64,000 nt of DNA from Macrostomum lignano (lineage: Eukaryota), in the NCBI GenBank assembly GCA_002269645.1, contig NIVC01001868.1, positions 62,001 to 126,000 of the forward strand. The letters run 5' to 3'. Numbering within the stretch: position 1 is the stretch's first letter; the number at the start of each line of letters is the position of its first letter. Positions 13,826-25,454 of this stretch are shown here, piece by piece. The position numbers and the translations under genes are program-made. The notes beneath the pieces are model-generated. The model saw only the letters and a list, made by a program, of their open reading frames with translations. It was not told where the DNA came from and ran no database searches.

Positions 13826-16800
13826 TTCAGACAGGCAGACAGACAGTCAGACACTCTGACAGACACGTAAAAAATGTTATGATAAAGATTATGTTCATCC
13901 TGGGAACTACTTAAGCACTCAAAATTGAAATCACTAATAGCATAAATCTGTTATATTGTTTATCTCTCCCCATGTTTGCCAGCAACAGTTTCTGCAATAA
14001 AAATAGATAAACTTTCCGGATAGAAAAAGAGGCCGATTTAAAGTTAAAAAACTAGCCGATTACAAACTCTGCGATAATTATAATTTATAGCTAAGAATTG
14101 TTGGCTATTCCGCTACCCGGAAGCGGAGAGCTGCAGAGCTGCACTGTGGGGAGTACAGATAAGCACGGCCGGGCCGCTAAGAGTTCAAAATTGATCTAAT
14201 AATTTACGATTGCAATTGTACGACTCTCTGTTGCCAGCTTGCATTTACATAGTTCCTTGTGTCCTTTTCAAGTCGAAAAGACTGTTTGTTTCAAGAGAGC
14301 CTCGGATACTCAGACAAGCTGGCGGCTGTTAGAGGCTCTTGTGATAGAGGTGACCACTCAAGGATATAGGAGCTAGTATTCACTGATAGGTCTGAAGGGT
14401 GAGAGACAGGAGAGTCACAAAAATCTCGCACTGAGCACATAAGAGGGGATGGAGCCTCCCACTGATTGGTCAGAGGGGATAGAGCCTCCCACTGACGGGT
14501 CAGAGGGGATGGAGCCTCCCACTGAGGGGTCAGAGGGGATAGAGCCTCCCACTGACGGGTCAGAGGGGATAGAGCCTCCCACTGATGGGTCAGAGGGGTT
14601 AGAGCCCCCACTGACGGGTCAGAGGGGATAGAGCCTCCCACTGACGGGTCAGAGGGGATAGAGCCTCCCACTGATGGGTCAGAGGGGATAAAGCCTCCCA
14701 CTGATGGGTCAGAGGGGATGGAGCCTCCCACTGATTTGTCAGAGGGGATAGAGCCCCCACTGATTGGTCAGAGTGGATAAAGCCCCCACTGATGGGTCAG
14801 AGGGGATAGAGCCTCCCACTGATGGGTCAGAGGGGATAGAGCCCCCACTGATGGGTCAGAGGGGATAGAGCCTCCCACTGATGGGTCAGAGGGGTTAGAG
14901 CCCCCACTGATTGGTCAGAGTGGATAAAGCCCCCACTGATGGGTCAGAGGGGATGGAGCCTCCCACTGATTTGTCAGAGGGGATAGAGCCCCCACTGATG
15001 GGTCAGAGGGGATAGAGCCTCCCACTGATGGGTCAGAGGGGTTAGAGCCCCCACTGATTGGTCAGAGTGGATAAAGCCCCCACTGATGGGTCAGAGGGGA
15101 TAGAGCCTCCCACTGATGGGTCAGAGGGGTTAGAACCGTCCACAGAAGGGATAGAGCCCCCCCACTGAGGGAAAAGTCTGAAAGTCAGAAAATTTCAAGT
15201 ACAATTACCGGCTTTATTAGCTACTAGAATTAACTATATAATGTATAATTCCCTCGCCGCTACAGGCTGCTACATCGGCATGCAGACATTCAGCGACGCC
15301 TGGCTACCGCAGGGCATCTCAGGTCACATAGCTGCACTCTATCAGCGCAAAGTATTCGGCCACAATGAGTACCGAAACTACATATCGGATCAGATGAGCC
15401 AGGTGTGCCACTACGAGTCTACTAGGCACGAGGTGCTGCTGGATCCTAGCGGCGCTGCCGGACCGGACAAGAAATCGGCCGCGACTCCGTTCTGTTTGCG
15501 CTTCCCTCAGACTGTGCCGCCGGATTATGCGGCTATCTATAGGAGCAAAGCTATGCTGGTTATCCGGCTTCTAGGCTGCAAGCTGGGCGAGGAGGTAAAA
15601 ACTAGAAAATTGTTTTTTTCTTAGCTGAGATCGTCGCTCAGATTGTCGCTGAGCTTTTCGATTAGATTTTCGCTCAGATTGTCAGTGAGATTGTCGCTCA
15701 GATTGTCGCTGAGCTTTTCGATTAGATTGTCGCTCAGATTATCAATGAGATTGTCGCTCAGATTGTCAATGAGATTGTCGCTCAGATTGTCAATGAGATT
15801 GTCGCTCAGATTGCCAATGAGATTGTCGTTCAGATTGTCGATGAGATTGTCGTTCAGATTATCGATGAGATTTTCGCTCAGATTATCGATAAGATTGTCG
15901 CTAGAATTGTCGATGAGATTGTCGCTCAGATTGTCGCTCATATAACTGAGATTGTCACTAGAATTGTCGCTCAGATTGTCGCTCAGATTGTCACTAGAAT
16001 TGTCGCTCAGATTGTCGCTCAGATTGTCACTAGAATTGTCGCTCAGATTGTCGCTCAGATTGTCACTAGAATTGTCGCTCAGATTGTCGCTCAGATTGTC
16101 ACTAGAATTGTCGCTCAGATTTTCACTAGAATTGTCGCTCAGATTGTCACTAGAATTGTCGCCCAGATTGTCTCTAGAATTGTCGCTCAGATTGTCGCTA
16201 GAATTGTCGCTCAGATTGTCGCTCAGATTGTCGCTAGAATTGTCGCTCAGATTGTCGCTCAGATTGTCGCTAGAATTGTCGCTAGAATTGTCGCTCCGAT
16301 TGTCGCTAGAATTGTCGCTCAGATTGTCGCTAGAATTGTCGCCCAGATTGTCGCTAGAATTGTCGCTCAGATTGTCGCTAGAATTGTCGCCCAGATTGTC
16401 GCTAGAATTGTCGCCCAGATTGTCGCTAGAATTGTCGCTCAGATTGTCGCTAGAATTGTCGCCCAGATTGTCGCTAGAATTGTCGCTAGAATTGTCACTC
16501 AGATTTTCGCTCAGATTGTCGCTAGAATTGTCGCTCAGATTGTCACTAGAATTGTCGCTCAGATTGTCACTAGAATTGTCGCCCAGATTGTCGCTCAGAT
16601 TGTCGCTAGAGTTGTCGCCCAGATTGTCGCTAGACTTGTCGTTCAGATTGTCGCTAGAATTGTCGCTCAGATTGTCGCTAGAATTTTCGCTCAGATGTCG
16701 CTCAGATTGTCACTAGAATTGTCGCTCAGATTGTCGCTCAGATTGTCGCTAGAATTGTCGCTCAGATTGTCGCTAGAATTGTCGCTCAGATTGTCACTAG

Positions 16801-19800
16801 AATTGTCGCTCAGATTGTCGCTAGAATTGTCGCTCAGATTGTCACTGGAATTGTCGCTCAGATTGTCGCTAGAATTGTCGCTCAGATTGTCGCTAGAATT
16901 GTCGCTCATATTGTCGCTAGAATTGTCACTCAGATTGTCGCTCAGATTGTCGCTAGAATTGTCACTCAGATTGTCGCTAGAATTATCGCCCAGATTGTCG
17001 CTAGAATTGTCGCTAGACTTGTCGTTCAGATTGTCGCTAGAATTGTCACTCAGATTGTCGCTAGAATTGTCGCTTAGATTGTTGCTGGAGTTATTACTGA
17101 GATTGCGGCTCAGATTGTCGCTGAGATGGTGGCTGAATTGTCGCTCAGAATATCCTTAACTGACACTACAAAACCTGCCCATCCCCCCAACCCTCAGGTA
17201 CTGCAGTACGTACTCAACAAGCTGATCACCCTGGCCAGCTCATACGATCCCAGTTTGCAGCAGCAGCCGCTGCAGCCCGGCACAGAGCAGAGCTGGCGGC
17301 CGGCCTTCCTGCTATCCAGCCAGGCGCTGCTAGACCTGATCCTGGCCCTCACCGGCAAGAACATGCAGTACCTGCTGGACCAGTGGGTCACCCAGCCCGG
17401 CCACGCTCGCCTCAGGGCCAGCTTCTCAATTAATAAGAAGCGCAACCTCATCGCACTGGAGATTCGCGACGACCCGCCAGTTGCGGCATCTGGTGGCGGC
17501 GGAGGCGGCGGCGGCCGTCGCAGGCGCTACACGGGCGCGGTGGCGGTGAGCCTGCAGGAGCTGGACGGGCCGTTCACGCACACGCTGAAGCTGGACGAAT
17601 CGGCAGCCGTCAGCGACCTGCCCTGTCACACTAAGAGTCGCAAAATTAAGCGTCGCAAAGTGTTGCTTAGCAACGGAGACGAACTGGAAGATCCGGATCT
17701 GGGCAAACTGGAGTCGGACTGTTCGCTGCTGTGGCTGCGAGTCGATCCCGAGATGCAGCTTATCCGACACGTGGAAATTGTGCAGCCCGAGCCAATGTGG
17801 CACCTACTGCTGCGCTACGAGAGATGCGTTGCCAGCCAGATGGCCGCCTGCAGGGCCCTCTGCCAGCCTTGTTTTCACAGCCGGGAGACCTGGCAGGCGC
17901 TGATGGAGGTGATAAGGGGATCGACAGTTGTAAGATCGCCCCTACCCTGAAGAATCCGCCCCTACCCTGAAGAATCCGCCCCTACCCTGAAGAATCCGCC
18001 CCTACCCTGAAGAATCCGCCCCTATCCTGAAGAATCCGCCCCTACCCGAAGAATCCGCCCCTACCCTGAAGAATCCACCCCTATCCTGAAAAATCCGCCC
18101 CTACCCTGAAGAATCCGCCCCTACCCCGAAGAATCCGCCCCTACCCTGAAGAATCCGCCCCTACCCTGAAGAATCCGCCCCTATCCTGAAGAATCCGCCC
18201 CTACCCCGAAGAATCCGCCCCTACCCTGAAGAATCCACCCCTATCCTGAAGAATCCACACCTACCCTGAAGAATCCGCCCCTACCCTGAAGAATCCACAC
18301 TATACCTGCCACCAACCATCGCGGCCAGGTGGTCAGAGACGAGCGCCAGTACTATCGAGTCCGCATGCAGGCCTGCTACGCTCTGTGCATGATCAGCGGC
18401 CCGCTAGACTTGCTGGAGCCCCTCATGGCCGTCTTTCTGTCCCTGTTCGGTGCCAAGGACACCAGGTCGGTGACGCCGGCGAACGATTTCTCAAATCTCC
18501 AACGCTATTTCCTATTGAAAGAGGTGCCTCTGTGCATGTCGCTGCTGCACACAGCCCAGGGCGTCTGCCCGCCTGAGGTGCCCGAATTCATTCTCAATCT
18601 GTTGCGGTTCAACGACAATTCTAAGAATATCTACGCTGACGACTACTATCGGGCCGCGCTCATCGAGTCACTGTTTCGAACCGTTAGTCCTGCGGCCACT
18701 GTTACTACCGAGAATTTCCTGGCCAAGCTGCCGAAGCCTATTGCTGCGCTGCTGGAGGAGGTGTGTGGCTTGATTGGGGCCGGATGGGGCGGATGTCAGT
18801 GAGGGGGCGGTTCGAGATTGTCAGTGAGAGGGGGCGGATCGGGAATGTCAGTGAGGGGACGAATCGGGAATGTCAGTGAGATGGGGTCGGATCGGGAATG
18901 TCAGTGCAAGGGGGCGGATCGGGAATGTCAGTGCGAGGGGGCGGATCGGGAATGTCAGTGAGGGGACGAATCGGGAATTTCAGTGAGAGGGGGCGGATCG
19001 GGAATGTCAGTGAGGGGACGAATCGGGAATGTCAGTGAGAGGGGGTCGGATCGGGAATGTCAGTGCGAGGGGGCGGATCGGGAATGTCAGTGAGAGGGGG
19101 CGGATCGGGAATGTCAGTGAGAGGGGGCGGATCGGGAATGTCAGTGAGAGGGGGGCGGATCGGGAATGTCAGTGAGAGGGGGGCGGATCGGGAATGTCAG
19201 TGAGAGGGGGGCGGATCGGGAATTTCAGTGAGGGGACGAATCGGGAATGTCAGTGAGAGGGGGGCGGATCGGGAATGTCAGTGAGGGGGCGGATCGGGCA
19301 TGTCAGTAGATGCACCGGAGCCGGCGCCCCGACCCGCAGGTGATGCGGCACATGAACCTGGAGAAGCTGATGCCCAGCTATCGCATGGTGGTGACTGTGA
19401 AATGCCTCCGCGTGTTCCGCAAGCTGCAGCGCACCGGCTACATCCCGCCGGATATCGGCATATTCAAAAGCTACGCGGCTCCCGGCAACTACATTGATGT
19501 CCGCCTGGCCGCCATGGAGGCCGTGGTGAATCATATCAAGTGCGCCAAGGACGCGGCTGCGCTGGCCTGGCTGCTGGACTCTACAGTGTGCAACCCGGCT
19601 GAGGAGGCCTCTGTTCGTCACCAGGCTGTTGCTATGCTCACTATACAGCCGCCGTTTCTGCGCAGGAAGCGAGGCCAGTTGGACACGCCTGAGCTGGTTG
19701 AGCGCCTCTGGCGTCTGCTGAATACTGAGCTCAGCGCCGACTGCCGGCTCCGCTGCTCCGTTGCCAGCCTCTACCACTTGCTGTACGGCAGGCACCGGCC

Positions 19801-21136
19801 CAAGTACGAGCTTGTGACTCTGCTGCCAGTACTGATCTGCGAATGAGCCCCGAACCCTAGCCCTAATCCAACCCCGAGAACTGCCTTATTCTCTTCCTGA
19901 GAATCTATAATCTCACCCTGAGGATCGCTTTGATCTCAAATTAATAATTAGCCCCAATCTCACCCTGAGAATCGCCCCAATCTCACCCTAAGAATTGCCT
20001 CAATCTCACCCTGAGAATCGCCCTTAATCTCACCCTAAGAATTGCCCCAATCTCACCCTGAGAATCGCCCCAATCTCACCCTAAGAATTGCCCCAATCTC
20101 ACCCCGAGAATCGTCCCAAATTCACCCTGAGAATCTTTCAAATCTTATCTTGAGAATCGAATCAATTTCACCCTACTTGACTTGACTTAGCTGCAGGGGG
20201 CTCCGCGCGTCCGGAAACAGCGAGGAGGCGTTGCCGCCCATTTCGCTAACCCCTGGCGACCACGGGCAGCTAGTGCTGCGGTGTCGCGCAGGGAGTTCCG
20301 GTGGTGCCGGCGTCCGCAGCGCGGTCCCCCTCCGGAGAGTCCAGGAGGTGGATGTTCGCTCGCCCAGTAGCCCTTTTCACCCTAAGAACCGCCCCAGTCT
20401 CACCCTGAGAATCGGCTCAATCTCACCCTAAAAATCGGCTCAATCTCACCCTAAAAATCGCTCAAATCTCACCCTGAGAATTGCCCCAATCTCACCCTGA
20501 GAATCGGCTTAATCTCACCCTAAGAATCGGCTAAATCTCACCCTGAGAATCCTTCCATCTATATTCTGAGAATCCTTCCATCTATATTCTGAGAATCGTT
20601 TCAATCTCAACCTGAGAATCGCTCCAATCTAACCCCAAGCACACAGCCGAGTCATAAGTCAATCTCCCACCTGCTGCCCGCCTGCCAGGTGCACCCCGCT
20701 GCCGGAGAACTTCCTGGTGCTCAACGTGCGCGAAGGCCGCACAAAAATCGCCCAACGAGCGCCAACGCCACCGCCGGCCCCGGCCGACACGGACGACGAC
20801 AACGCCAACTTTGGCCTCACTGGCGCCGGCGTCGGCCTTGGCAGCTCCGGAGACGAAGCTGACGTCGACGACGATTTGGACATCGGGCTGGAGGATGACT
20901 ACGAGTTCGCACCGGATGAGCCGCCAATTGATGAGGCCGACTTTGTCTGGCCACCCGACTCCAGCTTCCCGGCTGCCGATGCCGCTGCACCCGCCGCTCC
21001 CGCCGTCGCCGCCGCCGCCGCTGCCGCTACGCCGGCGCTTGACGAAGAGATGCTGGACGATGGGGATCGAGAAGCGGCTGAGGATGACGAAGATGAGATA
21101 TTCGGCTACAGCTGGGACAACCTGCCTGACTGCTGA
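10900..21136 (+). CDS. TAF2: TFIID subunit 2, 7 exons, 1144 aa
   Basis: Exons 10900-11295, 13078-13732, 15266-15594, 17198-17908, 18329-18760, 19340-19803 and 20689-21136, all GT-AG and in phase. Conserved segments include RPY.L..Q.VCI, VDPDSNNGE, NSTRLWLPCIDS.SELC.W, LAQQFFGC, QELDGPFTHTL, PCHTKSRK, LLWLRVDP, NDNSKN.YADDYYRA, NLEKLMPSYR and LPENFLVLN. Confidence 0.97.
11305..13015. repeat. 21-bp minisatellite filling TAF2 intron 1 (GACAGTGCCATTCCTATCCCT), ~80 copies
   Basis: The unit drifts along the array from GACACTGCTATTCCTGGCACT to GACGGT/GACAGT/GGCAGT variants; no stop in the exon-1 frame until 13041. Confidence 0.97.
13745..13865. repeat. (GACA)n microsatellite at the 5' end of TAF2 intron 2
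   Basis: Read directly from the sequence. Confidence 0.93.
14443..15170. repeat. 29/30-bp minisatellite in TAF2 intron 2 (AGAGGGGATAGAGCCTCCCACTGATGGGTC)
   Basis: About 24 copies read directly from the sequence. Confidence 0.95.
15625..17150. repeat. 12-bp minisatellite in TAF2 intron 3 (AGATTGTCGCTC / AGAATTGTCGCT)
   Basis: More than 100 copies; source of the SLRL/SLEL ORFs. Confidence 0.96.
17930..18305. repeat. 20-bp minisatellite in TAF2 intron 4 (GAAGAATCCGCCCCTACCCT)
   Basis: About 18 copies. Confidence 0.95.
18795..19310. repeat. 27-29-bp G-rich minisatellite in TAF2 intron 5 (GTCAGTGAGAGGGGGCGGATCGGGAAT)
   Basis: About 18 copies with a variable G run. Confidence 0.95.
19890..20635. 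repeat. Degenerate ~23-bp repeat (AATCTCACCCTGAGAATCGCCCC) in TAF2 intron 6, interrupted by a GC-rich island
   Basis: Two blocks, ~19900-20170 and ~20385-20635. Confidence 0.85.
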
Positions 21137-21195
21137 GCTGCTGACTCGTGGCATTTACTGGTGTGCTGTGGCAGTACTGCTGGTGTTTGGTTTGG

Positions 21196-21790
21196 ACATT
21201 GTCAGTAGCTGATTTGGGGATATTACAGTAGCTGATTTGGGGACATTGTCAGTAGCTGATTTGGGGATATTACAGTATCAGTAGCTGATTTGGAACATTG
21301 TCAGTAGCTGATTTGGGATATTGTCAGTAGCTGATTTGGGGACATTGTCAGTAGCTGATTTGGGGACATTGTCAGTAGCTGATTTGGGATATTGTCAGTA
21401 GCTGATTTGGGGACATTGTCAGTAGCTGATTTGGGGACATTGTCAGTAGCTGATTTGGGGACATTGTCAGTAGCTGTTTTGGGGACTTTGTCAGTAGCTG
21501 ATTTGGGGACATTGTCAGTAGCTGATTTGGGGATATTGTCAGTAGCTGATTTGGGGACATTGTCAGTAGCTGATTTGGGAACATTGTCAGTAGCTGATTT
21601 TGGGATATTACAGTATCAGTAGCTGATTTGGGGACATTGTCAGTAGCTGATTTGGGGACATTGTCAGTAGCTGATTTGGGGACATTGTCAGTAGTCAGAG
21701 TTGAGTGGCACTGTCAGTAGCTGATTTGGGGACATTGTCAGTAGCTGATTTGGGGACATTGTCAGTAGTCAGAGTTGAGTGGCACTGTCA
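21196..21790. repeat. 24-bp minisatellite after the TAF2 stop (GTCAGTAGCTGATTTGGGGACATT)
   Basis: More than 20 copies. Confidence 0.95.
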
Positions 21791-22431
21791 GTATCCAAAT
21801 CAGCTATTTTCAGAGCATTGTCTCAGCTCAGAACAAAGCTCAAAAAGACATCAATTTATCAATAATTAGATAGTTCTCCAACTCTGTTTTGCTTATTTTG
21901 TGCCTCCGTTAGTTTCAATGCCGGCATTTTGTATTACCAGCGCAAATCAGCTGTACATAATCAGCGTTTACTCAGTCTGTATAAAATAAACTTCCTTCAT
22001 CGTCAATTATGTGCTAATTAGTAAAATTTTATAATCATAAAATAACTTATCAGTGCATTTTTGTTGTTGCTAAAATTGGACTAGAGGATGTGAGTCGCTT
22101 GCGGGGGAACAGGGATACTTGGGATAGATTTCTTTATTATTCGAGCCAATCGCAGGTGAGGACAGGTAAGGATCCGCTCCGTTGCTAATGGCGCGATAAG
22201 CCTTGGCATTGGGAAGCCCACTTGTTGCTGGTATTTAAGCGGTTGCATATCCGCGATCGGCTGCAACCTCTGCGCTGACGTCTGTTGCTTTTTCAGAAAT
22301 TGTTGTCAGGTAAGCACTGTTTATATTATGTTCATTTTCACCGGGGTGCATTGCGCCAGACTTACTATTCATTTCGCACCCATCGATAGGCCTGGTAAAC
22401 TGGGCAGAGCCAAGTATGTTACATGTACATG

Positions 22432-23135
22432 CCTCATCTGTGAGTGCTCGCATCTGCTAATGAGCTCATCTGTGAGTGCTCGCATCTGCTAATGAGCTCA
22501 TCTGTGAGTGCTCGCATCTGCTAATGAGCTCATCTGTGAGTGCTCGCATCTGCTAATGAGCTCATCTGTGAGTGCTCGCATCTGCTAATGAGCTCATCTG
22601 TGAGTGCTCGCATCTGCTAATGAGCTCATCTGTGAGTGCTCGCATCTGCTAATGAGCTCATCTGTGAGTGCTCGCATCTGCTAATGAGCTCATCTGTGAG
22701 TGCTCGCATCTGCTAATGAGCTCATCTGTGAGTTCTCGCATCTGCTAATGAGCTCATCTGTGAGTGCTCGCATCTGCTAATGAGCTCATCTGTGAGTGCT
22801 CGCATCTGCTAATGAGCTCATCTGTGAGTGCTCGCATCTGCTAATGAGCTCATCTGTGAGTGCTCGCATCTGCTAATGAGCTCATCTGTGAGTGCTCGCA
22901 TCTGCTAATGAGCTCATCTGTGAGTGCTCGCATCTGCTAATGAGCTCATCTGTGAGTGCTCGCATCTGCTAATGAGCTCATCTGTGAGTTCTCGCATCTG
23001 CTAATGAGCTCATCTGTGAGTGCTCGCATCTGCTAATGAGCTCATCTGTGAGTGCTCGCATCTGCTAATGAGCTCATCTCATTTGATGTGCTCAGATCTG
23101 CTAATGAGCTCATCTCATTTGATGTGCTCGCATCT
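22432..23135. repeat. 32-bp minisatellite upstream of the GPCR (TGTGAGTGCTCGCATCTGCTAATGAGCTCATC)
   Basis: About 21 near-identical copies. Confidence 0.96.
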
Positions 23136-23200
23136 GCTATCGGCAGCGCTTAAGGAGCTTTCCTGCAATCAATTCCCTGTCCCCGAACGCAGGCCCGACC

Positions 23201-25125
23201 ATGAGCTCGGAGCTGCAGAGCTCGCACTGGTACCAGTTCTGGCACTCGATCGACTGCAACTCCACAGCCCGCTGGGAGCCGCTCCGCGAGCCGTCCTTTC
23301 TCGCATTCCTCTGCGCCGCCGACGCCGCCCAGTGCCTGCTGTGCCTGCTCAGCCTGCTGCTCAACTCTCTGTCCTACCTGGCCCTCGGCCGGGACGGCAG
23401 CGACAGCACCTTGGCGATGCAGCTGCGCTCCCTGGCCGTGACCGACGTCATCTACGTGCTGGCCAACACCATCGACAACTTCTGCCACACTCTGGAGACC
23501 CTGCCGGCCCCGGCTGGGGACTCCCGCCTGTTCCTGCTGCCGATTTTCGGCCACCCCATTGTCTGGGGCATCCGGGTGGCCTTCATCACCCTGCACAACT
23601 GGCTGATGCTCTTCATGGCCGCCGTCCGCTTCGCCAAGATCCGCTGGCCACTGCGCGCCAACCTCTGGTTCAGCCGGCGCCGCACCCGCAACTGGATGGG
23701 CGCCATCTGGATTGTTGCCATGGCAACTAGCCTAGTGCGCGGCCTCGAGGTGACCAGCGTGCTGGCCGACTGTCCGGACGGGTTCAACCGGATGGCCGTC
23801 GTCGCTTCGCGCATCTTCCCGGCGTACACCATGGCGGTGAACTTCGGCCTGCAGACGGTCACGCCAGTGGTGGCGGTCATGGTTGTCAACGTGCTGCTGC
23901 TGCGGACGGTGCGCCGGTCCAACAACTTCCAGCGCGACGCTGCTGGCGGCGGCAGCAGTCCGAATTCGACCATCGCCGTCAGCACCGTCAGCATGGCCAG
24001 CAGCGGTGGAGCCGGCCAGCTGGCTGCCAGCAGCAGCGACGTGAGCGGGAAGAAGCCGGCGGCGCAGAAGCAGGAGAAGCAGTTCCGCCAGCTGACCCGG
24101 ATGGTCACCCTGCTGATGTATATGTACCTCATCTGCCAGACTCCCATGGTGCTCTACGGATTGTGAGTGCTTTTGCTGTGTGAGCGACCTTAAGTATGTG
24201 TGATGTACCGATCACAGGTGTGTTTGATGTACCGATCCCAGGTGTGTTTGATGTACCGATCCCAGGTGTGTTTGATGTACCGATCCCAGGTGTATTTGAT
24301 GTACCGATCCCAGATGTGTTTGATAAACCGATCCCAGATGTTTTTGATGTACCGATCCCAGGTGTGTTTGATGTACCGATCCCAGGTGTGTTTGATGTAC
24401 CGATCCCAGGTGTGTTTGATGTACCGATCACAGGTGTGTTTGATGTACCGATCCCAGGTGTATTTGATGTACCGATCCCAGGTGTGTTTGATGTACCGAT
24501 CCCAGGTGTGTTTTGATGTACAGATCCCAGGTGTGTTTGATGTACCGATCCCAGGTGTGTTTGATAAACCGATCCCAGGTGTATTTGATGTACCGATCCC
24601 AGGTGTGTTTGATAAACCGATCCCAGGTGTATTTGATGTACCGATCCAGGTGTGCTTGATGTACCAATCCCAGGTGTTTTTGATGTACCGATCCCAGGTG
24701 TGTTTGATGTACCGATCCCAGGTGTGTTTGATGTACCGATCCCAGGTGTGTTTGATAAACCGATCCCAGGTGTGTTTGATGTACCGATCCCAGGTGTGAT
24801 TTCATGTGTACCGGTTCCACCTGTGTTTGATGTGCCAAAGATGTTTGAAATGTACAACCCCAGTCGCCCCCATTGCAGCGTGGTGTCCTTCAAGATCCCC
24901 ACCAACCTGTACATCATCATGACTCTGGTCGGCAACGTGATCTCATCCATGGACGGCACCTGCAATTTCTTTATCTACGTGGTGACAAATCCGAAGTTCA
25001 AGCGGGAGGTGCGCCAGATCCTGGGCCTGGCCACCATGAATGCCACCGGGAAGGTCGGCCAGTCCGGGATCTCCATGGAGGCTGTCGGGGTGGCCAAGCA
25101 GCAACAGCAGCAGAACCGGCTTTGA
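23201..25125 (+). CDS. Rhodopsin-like (class A) GPCR, probably a peptide-receptor-like orphan, 2 exons, 402 aa
   Basis: Exons 23201-24162 and 24879-25125 (TT|gtgagt ... ttgcag|C). Seven hydrophobic segments with LRSLAVTD (TM2), AVRFAKIRWPL (DRY-like), LICQTP (TM6) and CNFFIY..NPKFKREV (TM7/H8). Confidence 0.88.
24195..24800. repeat. 24-bp minisatellite filling the GPCR intron (CAGGTGTGTTTGATGTACCGATCC)
   Basis: About 25 copies. Confidence 0.96.
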
Positions 25126-25454
25126 GAAGGGCCCCAGGTTTCAGCTGAGAATATACGGCCTGACAGACTTAATAGTCTAGCAACTGTCTGTAGTGTCTCT
25201 TTGTTAGCACTCTGTTAGCACTTGTTGGTGATATCAGTTGTTTTACTCCACATTATTGCTTTTTATAACTTTTCCTGTACCCCACTCGGTTTACTGTTCC
25301 AAGTTTAGTTAGTCACTTTGTTGCCTGATATCTGCACTGCACATCTCTGAGCTGCCTCTGGTCATTTTTCTCTGCCTTTTCCCTCCTTGAACTGCTTCGA
25401 TTTTATTGTGCCCTCCGCCCTCTCCTAACCTCTCACCATCTAGCTGGCTCTTGT

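Noticed and set aside
15621-17159. SLRL/SLEL leucine-rich ORFs
   Set aside because: Translations of the 12-bp array in TAF2 intron 3.
20197-20347. Constitutive TAF2 exon
   Set aside because: Homology to TAF2 is continuous from exon 6 to the exon at 20689 without it; kept only as an unexplained island.
22432-23135. CRISPR array (also considered for the other 24-40-bp arrays)
   Set aside because: Units are contiguous with no unique spacers, there are no cas genes, and the context is eukaryotic with spliced genes.
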